From Octopus sinensis (taxonomy: Eukaryota): a stretch of 20,481 nucleotides of DNA. The notes beneath the pieces are model-generated. The model did not search any database. It saw nothing but the letters and a program-made list of their open reading frames with translations, and was not told the origin of the DNA. The stretch spans positions 1-20,481 of the forward strand of contig NW_021823860.1 of NCBI RefSeq assembly GCF_006345805.1, in the 5' to 3' direction. A program made the translations under genes and the position numbers. Shown piece after piece: positions 1 through 8,903 of the stretch. The number at the start of each line of letters is the position of its first letter. The first letter of the stretch is position 1.

Positions 1-165
1 AAAACAAGACTCCATTACTGGAATTTCGAAGAGAACGATACTGTAGAATTGCATGTTGAATATTGAAAAAAACTTGTAGATTTTTACTGTTCCATTTTAG
101 ATCCAGGTTTTTATGGAGAGTGTCAGCTGCTCACTTACATTTATCTAAAATGTGTATAAATCTCA

Positions 166-268
166 GGCGCAGACGTAGCTTTGTGGTAAGAAGCTTGCTT
201 CCCAACCACATGGTTCTGGGTTCAGTCCCACTGCGTGGCACCTTGGGTAAAGTGTCTTCTACCTAGCC
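166..268 (+). mobile_element. tRNA-derived CORE-type SINE (OR2-like), 5' part only
   Basis: GGCGCAG..TGTGGTAAG head, B-box-like GGGTTCAGTCC, CORE-like GGCACCTTGGGTAAAGTGTCTTCTAC; same family as 20208-20470 and the inverted 9421-9784. Confidence 0.8.
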
Positions 269-316
269 ACGTGTCTTCATAGCAAGAAGCTACTATTAGC
301 TCTTAGCTTTATTCAG

Positions 317-339
317 TGTATGTGTGTGTGTGTGTGTGT

Positions 340-378
<39 letters not shown>
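317..378. repeat. (TG)n microsatellite
   Basis: Direct inspection. Confidence 0.95.
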
Positions 379-383
<5 letters not shown>

Positions 384-663
384 GAATCGTCAAGTTACGA
401 AGACATAAACAAAACAGCACCGGTTGTCACACACATACATATACACACGCGCGCACATAGACGCACACACACACACACACGCACACACGGGTTTCTTTCA
501 GTTTCTACATGCCAAATCCACCCCTGACTTTGCTCGGCCTGGTGCTAAAACAGAAAGCTATTGCCGGAAGTGTCCCACAGTTGGATTTGAACAGGGAACC
601 ACGTGGCTGGGAAGCAGACATCTTACGGCACAGACATCTTACGGCACAGACACACCTGCGCCT
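378..663 (-). mobile_element. Diverged OR2-like CORE SINE with internal (CA)n tract
   Basis: Reverse complement gives head (663), CORE and GAAACTGAAAGAAACCCG, then the microsatellite (430-487) and a tail fragment homologous to 9525-9577. A 16-bp tandem duplication CAGACATCTTACGGCA lies at 615-646. Confidence 0.8.
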
Positions 664-1063
664 CTAATTTGTCTTAATTAGAAGGGGAGTTGGAGTATGG
701 AGTAACGAAGTTATAAGTCGTTCGATTGGAAACCACAGCAGGTTTCCGCTCTCCACTGGAAACGATTCACATATGTCAATTATACAAGAAAGAAAATCCT
801 GCGTAGACTCGAAACTTCTCAGACTCTGTCATGCATTATACAAGTTCAATGCCGTCTTATAGGATTAGTGTGCGTTGGAGCGTGGGTTCAATGCGGCTTT
901 AAGTTAATGCCTTTGATATCTAACAGTTTAGCCTCTTCTACATGAATAAGCGGCTTGGTAAATAACAAATACATCTATATTGCGTTGACTGAGTAAATAG
1001 ATATATTTGCTTGTTCATATCCACACACTGTGTGCCTCTATGTATGTATGTATATATATATGC

Positions 1064-1289
1064 ACAAAATTTAGAGGACTGACCACTAATAGTGGACAGC
1101 CTGTATTCTAGAAATAGACGTCAAAATCGCCATTTTTCACGAAGAATGTGTTCTCACGAAAAAATTCAGCAAAAAACCAAAGTGAAGTTTTTTCTTGAGA
1201 AAACAGTCTTCGTGGAAAATGGCGATTTTGACGTCTATTTCTAGCAATACAGGCTGTCCACTATTAGTGGTCAGTCCTCTAAATTTTGT
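1064..1289. mobile_element. Foldback MITE / long inverted-repeat element
   Basis: Arm 1064-1145 matches the reverse complement of 1207-1289 with one substitution and one 1-bp indel; looser pairing continues to 1167/1184, leaving a 16-nt loop. Left flank is (TA)n. Confidence 0.9.
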
Positions 1290-1348
1290 ATGTATAAAAT
1301 TTTTAATCTAGGCCACTGGTTTTATTTGATTAATATCAATTTCTACCC

Positions 1349-1660
1349 TTATTTAATTTTATATATATTTAATTTTATATAATATCTATATATATATATA
1401 TATACACGCACACACATGTATTTATGTATGTATGTATGTATTTGTTTGTGTGTGTATGTGTGCATATATATGTATGTGCATTTGCTTATATACATGCATA
1501 TATATGTGTGCGTGTGTGTATATATGTATATATATATATATACATACATATATATATATATAAAGAGAGAGAGAGAAAAACTAGAGAGAAAGAGAGCTAG
1601 AGAGAGGGGGAGAAGGAGAGAGAGGGTGAAGGAGAGAGAGAGAAAGAGAGAGAGACAGCC
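1349..1660. repeat. Compound (TA)n/(TG)n then (GA)n microsatellite
   Basis: Direct inspection; explains ORFs 1349..1705 and 1416..1718. Confidence 0.9.
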
Positions 1661-1783
1661 AGAGACAATGAATCGGGTAGAAATTATACAATTATACAAT
1701 GGCATGTACGAACCTTAAACCTCTGGGACAAAAGACTGGGATTTTATTTGCGCACATATTTGTAGATGCTCACACTATTATAC

Positions 1784-1923
1784 GTACAGCAGGGATCGCC
1801 ACCACCACCTGCCGGAACCTAGTGGAGCTTTAGGTGTTTTCGCTCAATAAACATTCACAACGTCCGGTCTGGGAATCGAAACCACGAACCTACAACCGCA
1901 AGTCCGCTGCCCTAACCACTGGG
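1784..1923 (-). mobile_element. tRNA-derived SINE (OR1-like), head and linker, inverted
   Basis: Reverse complement of 7730-7873 (CCCAGTGGTTAGGGCAGCGGAC..GGTTTCGATTCCCAGACC..CCCTGCTGTAC). Confidence 0.85.
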
Positions 1924-2140
1924 CGAAAACACCTAAAAGCTCCACGAAGCTCCGGCAGGGGGTGGTGGCGATCCCTGCTGTACTCTTTCGCCACAACTTT
2001 CTCTCACTCTTTCTTCTGTTGACCTGCTCGCTTAGCCAGCGGGGTGGTGTCATTTGAAGGCTAAAACAATGCGAAGCGCATTGTGACCAGCGATGTGTAA
2101 CAACATCTGATAGCCTGGTCGGTCACGGTGATCACGGTGA
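1924..2140 (+). mobile_element. OR1-like SINE body lacking the tRNA head, tail type X
   Basis: Matches 7815-7907 and then continues with a different 3' tail ending GATCACGGTGA(TA)n. Confidence 0.8.
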
Positions 2141-2197
2141 TATATATGTATATATATATATATACACGTATGTATGTATGTACGTATGTACGTATGT

Positions 2198-2231
<34 letters not shown>

Positions 2232-2289
2232 TATTTGTGTGTGTGTGGTGTGTTTGTGTATGTGTGTGTCATACGTACATACATACATC

Positions 2290-2320
<31 letters not shown>

Positions 2321-2390
2321 TATATATATATTATATAATGTATATTATATATATATATATATTATATATATATATATTATATATATATAT
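2140..2390. repeat. Compound TA/TATG/CA/TG microsatellite
   Basis: Direct inspection. Confidence 0.95.
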
Positions 2391-2493
2391 AGGGAGAGTT
2401 TACGAAAATACGAAGGACGAAGACAGGTGGTGTACAAAGCAAACAGATCTATTAGTATAACGCTCAGGAATAGAAAAATTCTTTTATGTTTCG
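2391..2493 (-). mobile_element. Truncated copy of the Penelope-like terminal element
   Basis: Inverted homolog of 4784-4891 (CGAAAC..TTTTTCTATTCCTGAGCG..TGTACACCACCTGTCTTCGTC..CCCTATATA). Confidence 0.6.
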
Positions 2494-2499
2494 GTATAA

Positions 2500-2870
2500 T
2501 CAAGGTGACCTTGTGCAACAGAAACCCCGAGTGTCCTTTTGGTCAGCTGAAAGCAGTTTTGGCACAAATTTGGCAGATACACGTCTCATACCCAAATCTT
2601 CAGTGATAATGGACTTGACTGAACCGTAACTAATCTACACTTCCTCTGATAACTCACGGATGGTGATTCGACGATTTCCCCTCACATCTGCAATGGCCTT
2701 TATTTTTTCAGTTCTTCTGCTCGCGGGTCTCCCAGAACGTTTGTCAATATCGACATTTTCGGCCATCTTGGAAACGACTGAACCACTTGTACACTTGTGT
2801 GCGGCTCATACGCTCCTCTCCATACCACTTTCTGCAACTTGCGTAGGCCTCTGAACAGGTATCGCCATGA
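2500..2870 (-). pseudogene. Mariner (Tc1/mariner) transposase fragment: HTH domains plus linker
   Basis: Manual translation with frameshifts: ..MSRTQVYKWFSRFQDGR / NVDIDKRSGRP..VRGNRRITIRELSEEV*ISYGSVKSIITEDLGMRRVSAKFVPKLLSADQKDTR. RSGRP and FVPKLL (equivalent to WVPHEL) are mariner hallmarks. One stop and several frameshifts; the DD34D domain is absent. Confidence 0.9.
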
Positions 2871-2928
2871 CAACTTCCTCTGTCATGGTCAATGCTACGA
2901 TCAAACGCTACACACCTTATATATATAT

Positions 2929-3160
2929 AGGCACTTTATTTCACGTTCACTCAGCTGTAGAAATGAGTTGCGACGTCACTGGTGCCAAGCTATATCGACC
3001 TTTGTCTTTCCCTTGGATAGCACTGGTGGCGTGGAGAGGGGAGGCTGGTATGCATGGGCGACTGCTGGTCTTCCATAAACCACCTTGCACGGACTTGTGT
3101 CTAGGAGGGTAACTTTCTAGGTGCAATCCCATGGTCATTCATGACCGAAGGGGGTCTTTA
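2929..3160 (+). mobile_element. Headless SINE: CORE-like segment plus tail type Z
   Basis: GGCACTTTATTTCACGTT..CACTCAGCTGTAGAAATGAGTTG matches the core of 11822-12148 (-) and 17549-17602, followed by an unrelated tail. Confidence 0.6.
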
Positions 3161-3202
3161 CCCATACATATGTATATACACGTACATCTATACATATATA
3201 AA

Positions 3203-3611
3203 GAGATGGCAGAAACGTTAGCACGCCGGGCGAAATGCTTAGCAGTATTTCGTCTGGTTTACGTTCTGAGTTCAAATTTCGCCGAGATCGACTTTGCCTT
3301 TCATACTCTCGGGGTCGATTAAATAAGTACCAGTTATGCACTGGGGGTCGATATAATCGACTTAATCCGTTTGTCTGTCGTTGTTTGTCCTCTCTGTGTT
3401 TAGCCCCTTGTGGGTAGTAAAGAAATAGGTATTTCGTCTGCCGGCACGTTTTGAGTTCAAAATCCGCCGAGGTCGACTTTGCCTTTCATACTTTCGGGGT
3501 CGATTAAATAAGTACCAGTTACGCATTGGGGTCGATGTAATCGACTTAATCCCTTTGCCTGTCCTTGTTTGTCCCCTCGATGTTTAGCCCCTTGTTGGCA
3601 GTAAAGAAATA
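3203..3611 (+). mobile_element. tRNA-derived SINE (OK/Meta-like) with two 184-bp internal tandem units
   Basis: A-box-like TGGCAGAAACG (3207), B-box-like GAGTTCAAATTTC (3268); unit starts GTATTTCGTCTG at 3245 and 3429. Confidence 0.85.
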
Positions 3612-3612
3612 T

Positions 3613-3927
3613 ATATAAAGATATACACTACATGCCCATATACACTTATATACATACACATACATACATACACACATGTATAATAGCATACGCACACAAG
3701 CGCACACACAGCATGCATATATTCACACAATGCACACAGACACAGACAAATACATACATACATGCATACATACATACATACATACATACATACATACATA
3801 CATACATACATACACACATACATACATACACACATACATACATACATACATACATACATGCATACACACATACATACATGCATACATACGTACATACATG
3901 CATACATACGTACATACATGCATACAT
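3613..3927. repeat. (TACA)n microsatellite
   Basis: Direct inspection; explains six overlapping ORFs. Confidence 0.95.
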
Positions 3928-4010
3928 AGCCTATGACTTATGGAAGCCAGCGAGGTTAATGATAACTAAGACCTGACGATGAACTTCCACTGTTATTTAG
4001 AGCAATATAC

Positions 4011-4420
4011 CTCCCTACCTCTATCTCTCTCTCCTCTCATTCACTCTCACACTCTCTCTCTCTCTCTCTCTCTCTCTCATTCCACCTTTTCCTCTGTCTC
4101 TATATTCTCCAAGACATCTCCAAGATAATAATCATCTCCACTCACCCTAAATTACTGTAATAAACTTACTCATCAAATACTCTCCACTAATCTCCTTACA
4201 CCAAACGGACTGATTTACGACACTAATTAGCGACCAACCGTTCTCACTGACGGCACAAGTGAAATTATATACTTCAATATCTTTTCTTTCGTTTCTCTCC
4301 ATCTCTTTATCTCTCTCACACGTTCTCTCCTCCTTCCCACTATCTAGCTCTCTTCCTATCTATCTCACTCTCACTCTCTTCATAAATATACATATATATA
4401 TGTGTGTGTGTGTGTGTGTT

Positions 4421-4452
<32 letters not shown>
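4011..4452. repeat. CT-rich low-complexity region followed by (TG)n/(TA)n
   Basis: Direct inspection. Confidence 0.8.
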
Positions 4453-4456
<4 letters not shown>

Positions 4457-4640
4457 AAAATAGGAGATGTGGAACATGATTTGTGATATATAAAAAAGGA
4501 AATAAGAAAATGCTGACAAAATAATTTAAGTAAGGGAGAGTGTATTTAATTAGTGAAGTTCTTTTTACCGTTGCGCATTTGTTATGCTTATCAAAAGATA
4601 TTTTTTTAAGAGAGATAGATTTCCTTTCTGATAGATTTTT

Positions 4641-4680
<40 letters not shown>

Positions 4681-4695
4681 CTACATATATATATT

Positions 4696-4891
4696 CGCCA
4701 TGATAGATCGTTAGCCACTACGCATTCTTTATTTCCTTTCCTTGTTTCTTTCTGTGTCCCTTTCTGTAGAAGAGCGTAGGCTCGAAACGTAAAAGACTTT
4801 TTCTATTCCTGAGCGCTATACTAATACATCTGTTTGTCTTGTACACCACCTGTCTTCGTCTTTTGTTTTTTTTTTGTGTGAATATTCCCTA
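4696..4891 (+). mobile_element. Penelope-like element terminal fragment inserted in (TA)n
   Basis: Flanked on both sides by (TA)n; contains GAAGAGCGTAGGCTCGAAACG, resembling Penelope LTR hammerhead motifs; second copy at 2391-2493. Confidence 0.55.
4756..4797 (+). ncRNA. Candidate degenerate minimal type I hammerhead ribozyme
   Basis: Stem I GTC(CC)TTT/AAAGAC; core CTGTAGA (canonical CTGANGA); stem II GAGC-GTAG-GCTC; GAA; palindromic ACGT stem III; putative GUA cleavage site at 4791. Non-canonical A6U and one extra A. Confidence 0.4.
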
Positions 4892-5063
4892 TATATATAT
4901 ATATATATATGTATATATTCAAATATATAAGGAATGGCCATAATAGGACATTCAACTCACTAGAAAGAGCAGCCAAACTCCAAACCACTAATAGCTGTAT
5001 TCTGAATGGAAAGAAATAAAAACGTTTTGCTACCCTTAAATTTATTGATATCTATCTAACTTT

Positions 5064-5109
<46 letters not shown>

Positions 5110-5390
5110 TCTGTAAAAATTTAGATTCAGTTAAGGCACCAGAATTTGGTATGGTATTATCCATATAAATCAAAATGGAGTGACTCGACACTGACGGTTG
5201 TGTCACGTGCCTCGGTCCCAGCCAGAACACTTAATACGTCCTAACAATAAAGTGGATCGTCCAAAATACAAGAAGTAGAAAACTACGCGTCTACAGCTGA
5301 GAATAATGCAGTGGAAGGGGCGACAGAGTTGAGCATGATGGGACAGATGCAGAAAGGAAGCACGGAATAGAAAAGGCTGGAGAGATTCTT

Positions 5391-5760
5391 TTCTACTCTA
5401 GGCACAAGGCTCGAAATTTTAGGAGAGGGGGACAGTCAGTACACAACTGGTACTTAATTTATCAATCCCGAAAAGGCAAAAACGACTTCGGCGGAATTTG
5501 AACTCAGAACGTAACGGTAGACGAAATACCTAATTATTTACTACCCAAAAGGGGATAAACACAGAGAGGACAAAAACGACAGACAAACGGATTAAGTCGA
5601 TTATATTGACTCCAGTGCGTAACTGGTACTTATTTAATCGACCCCGAAAGGATGAAAGGCAAAGTCGACACTGGCGGAATTTGAACTCAGAATGCAGCGG
5701 CGGACGAAATACCACAAAGCATTTCGCTCGGCGTGCTAACGTTTCTGCCAGCTCGCCACC
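5391..5760 (-). mobile_element. OK/Meta-like SINE with two B-box units
   Basis: Head at 5760 (rc GGTGGCGAGCTGGCAGAAACGTTAGCACG); B-boxes near 5499 and 5681; 3' tail TTCTACTCTAGGCACAAGG. Confidence 0.85.
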
Positions 5761-5781
5761 TTCGAATGATAAAATATTATT

Positions 5782-6361
5782 TTATACTCTAAGCAAAAGG
5801 CCCGAAATTTCTGTGGAAGGGGCAAGTCGATTACATCGACCCCAGTGTGTAGCTGGTACTTATTTAATCGACCCCGAAAGGATGAAAGGCAAAGTCGACC
5901 TCGGCGGAATTTGAACTTAGAACGTAGCGGCAGACGAAATACCTATTTCTTTACTACCCACAAGAGACTAAACACAGAGAGGACAAACAAGACAGACAAA
6001 CAGATTCAGTCGATTACATCGACCCCAGTGCGTAGCTGGTACTTATTTAGTCGACCCCCGAAAGAATGAAAGGCAAAGTCGACCTCAGCGGAATTTGAAC
6101 TCAGAACGTAGCAGCAGACGAAATACCTATTTCTTTACTAGCTACAAGAGACTAAACACAGAGAGGACAAACAAGGACAGACAAACAGATTAAGTCGATT
6201 ACAACGACCCCAGTGCGTAGCTGGTACTTTTTTAATCGACCCCGAAAGGATGAAAGGCAAAGTTGACCTCGACGGAATTTGAACTCAGAACGTAAAGTCA
6301 CAAGATGAAATCCTGCTAAGCATTTCGCCCGGCGTGCTAACTTTCCCGCCAGCTCGCCGCC
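5782..6361 (-). mobile_element. OK/Meta-like SINE with three B-box units
   Basis: TTGAACT at 5911, 6095 and ~6279 (184-bp period); single head at 6315-6361, single tail at 5782-5825. Confidence 0.85.
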
Positions 6362-6620
6362 TGACAAGGCCAGAGAGATTACATAGCTGCCCTCTGTGTC
6401 GGATGGCGTTGGTGTTAGTAACTAAGATACTGACGGATATTCAAGTGACTCTGCATCTTAACCTACCAAGAGTTGGCTTCGTGCCTAATCGGACAGAAAT
6501 CAATATGTCGCCTTAACTGTGTCATCGAAGCTATCTTCAATGAGTTCATTATGATCGCTATTTTTACTGTATTTACTATTCACTGACTTCATTTATATAT
6601 TTTTTTTGTATTCTTTTTGT

Positions 6621-7020
6621 TTTTGTTTCAGTCATCTGATTGCGGCCATGCTGGAGCACCGCCTTTAGTCGAACAAATCGACCCCAGGGCTGCTAACGTT
6701 TCTTATTTCTTTATTGCCCACAAGGGGCTAAACATAGAGGGGACAAACAAGGACGGACAGACAAACGGATTAAGTCGATTATATCGACCCCAGTGCGTAA
6801 CTGGTACTTAATTTATTGACCCCGAAAGGATGAAAGGCAAAGTCGACTTCGCCACCGTCGCTTGACAACCGATTTTGGTGCATTTTCGTCTCCGTAACGT
6901 CGCGGTTTGGCCTAAGGGACCGATAGAATAAGTACTAGGCTTACAAAGAATTGTTCGACTAAAGGCGGTGCTCCAGCATGGCTGCAGTCAAATGACTGGA
7001 ACATGTAAATGAATAAAAGA
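6621..7020. mobile_element. Composite: inverted OR2-like tail end, Meta-like unit, direct OR2-like tail
   Basis: 6626-6676 is the reverse complement of 6951-7001 with few mismatches; 6689-6852 is a Meta-like unit. Confidence 0.8.
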
Positions 7021-7718
7021 ATGAAAGATAGCTACGTTGACTTTGTGCTTTATCAGAATCGAGTGAACTCATGACTCCAAATAAGAAACTTTTGGTTGTG
7101 GACGAAAACCAAAACAAATGGGATGCAATAAAACTGGGACTTCGTCATTCATGACGACCAGGGTTCCATTTGTTTAATATAAACTACTTGTACCCTCCTC
7201 TCAAAAATTGCTGCCTTTAAACCCTGCAACAGACTGGTGTTCCGTTCAGGGTAATGCAGTGATCTCGATCATTTTTACACCATGAAAACCGGATAACCAG
7301 CCTTATGTGTCCTAGGGCTAAAGAAAAATACATGAATAAAAAAAATAAACCTACCGAATTTTAATTTCCGGCGGAAGTCGTTTCAATTTGTTTACATAAA
7401 TAATACCTTTCTTAAAAGGATTCAGGAATGGAAATTGTACGTGATACACACCAAAGAACACTATTTTAATAATTCATTAAGCGAGATTATAAGTTAATTA
7501 GAGCACAGAGAAATTAATTAGAGAAAATCTAAATATATAAATATAATTCTTATAAACAATTCATTCAAGATGGACAGGATTTGTTTTTCTTTTCTCGTTC
7601 AATTTCTTTCTTCTCTGCTTCACGTTCGATCTACATGGCGATTCGTATTTACCCCTTCATGTCTTCAGAAGCTCGCAAACGCGACCCCTGTTAGTCATAG
7701 TGGCTATTCTAGAGCATC

Positions 7719-8110
7719 GTGGAGGCGCACTGGCCCAGTGGTTAGGGCAGCGGACTCGCGGTCATAGGATCGCGGTTTCGATTCCCAGACCGGGCGTTGT
7801 GAGTGTTTATTGAGCGAAAACACCTAAAAGTTCCACGAGGCTCCGGCAGGGGATGGTGGTGATCCCTGCTGTACTCTTTCACCACAACTTTCTCTCACTC
7901 TTACTTCCTGTTTCTGTTGTACCTGTATTTCAAAGGGCCGGCCTTGTCACTCTTTGTGTCACGCTGAATATCCCCGAGAACTACGTTAAGGGTGCACGTG
8001 TCTGTGGAGTGCTCAGCCACTTACACGTTAATTTCACGAGCAGGCTGTTCCGTTGATTCGGATCAACCGGAACCCTCGTCGTCGTAACCGACGGAGTGTT
8101 TCCATCACCA
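7719..8110 (+). mobile_element. Full-length OR1-like tRNA SINE with tail type Y and 11-bp TSD
   Basis: A-box TGGCCCAGTGG, B-box GGTTTCGATTCC; TCTAGAGCATC at 7708-7718 and 8111-8121. Confidence 0.9.
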
Positions 8111-8209
8111 TCTAGAGCATCAACGTCTTTTCCATTCTGTCTGCTGAGATCATGAGGTGACCTGTCCTGAATTACAGGAAATTGCACGTTCCACTCTTCC
8201 AGTGCTTAA

Positions 8210-8429
8210 CCCTTTCGCTACCAACCTGGCTGAAACCGGCTCTGGCTCTGTAGTACAAATGTCTTGTTTTCATAAGTTTTGAATTAAAATCTTCCACCAA
8301 ACCTTAGTCACAATTTATGTTCCTAACACTAGCTGAATGATAACTAAATTATTTTACTAAATTCTTTGTTATATTTAAAATTAATTGGAAGAAACAGAGC
8401 ATCTCAACCGAAATATGGTAACAAAAGGG
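8210..8429. mobile_element. piggyBac-type MITE (220 bp)
   Basis: TTAA at 8206-8209 and 8430-8433; 14-bp TIRs CCCTTTCGCTACCA / TGGTAACAAAAGGG with 2 mismatches. TTAA|CCC..GGG|TTAA is the piggyBac signature. Confidence 0.85.
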
Positions 8430-8503
8430 TTAATGTAAATTTACTCCGTATAAACCTAGGAAAAGCAGTTTAAAGGTAATTTTAGTTGACAGCCTGGGTA
8501 CTG

Positions 8504-8558
8504 AATGACAGCCTCTTAAATAGAGATAAACTATATACCAGTAATATACTGTAAGACA

Positions 8559-8589
<31 letters not shown>

Positions 8590-8629
8590 TGTCTTTGTTA
8601 CATTTCCCTCCAGTTTTCTGCGTTGACAA

Positions 8630-8665
<36 letters not shown>

Positions 8666-8707
8666 GCAGCCTCTTAAATATAGATAAACTATATACCAGT
8701 AATATAC

Positions 8708-8770
<63 letters not shown>

Positions 8771-8793
8771 CATTATTATTATTATCATTATTA

Positions 8794-8839
<46 letters not shown>

Positions 8840-8903
8840 TGTTATTATTATTATTGTCATCATCATTATTTTTATTATTACAGACTATATTTATTCCACA
8901 AGT
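8504..8903. repeat. (ATT)n/(AAT)n array with embedded short unique modules
   Basis: 49-bp direct repeat at 8504-8552 and 8662-8710; module 8585-8630 is the rc of 11549-11595; module 8881-8903 matches 14429-14451. Confidence 0.85.

Noticed and set aside
98-160. Acceptor-like TTTTAG followed by DPGFYGEC, resembling an EGF-repeat motif
   Set aside because: Cysteine spacing is wrong, there is no good donor and the frame stops at once.
3973-3985. CTGACGA (and CTGACGA/CTGATGA at ~16023-16070) as hammerhead cores
   Set aside because: No stem II followed by GAAA, and no stem I/III pairing.
3245-6361. 184-bp repeats as a CRISPR array or a ribozyme-bearing retrozyme
   Set aside because: No unique spacers or cas genes in eukaryotic DNA; no CTGANGA/GAAA core on either strand of the unit.
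7345-7380. ETS-like TTCCGGCGGAAGT next to a minus-strand donor-like GTAGGT, suggesting a first exon
   Set aside because: The nearest acceptor gives only a ~37-nt intron and the adjacent sequence looks like an old SINE remnant; too weak.
7720-7800. tRNA genes (also 12075-12148 and other heads)
   Set aside because: A/B boxes are present but there is no complete cloverleaf, and each continues into a repeated SINE body.
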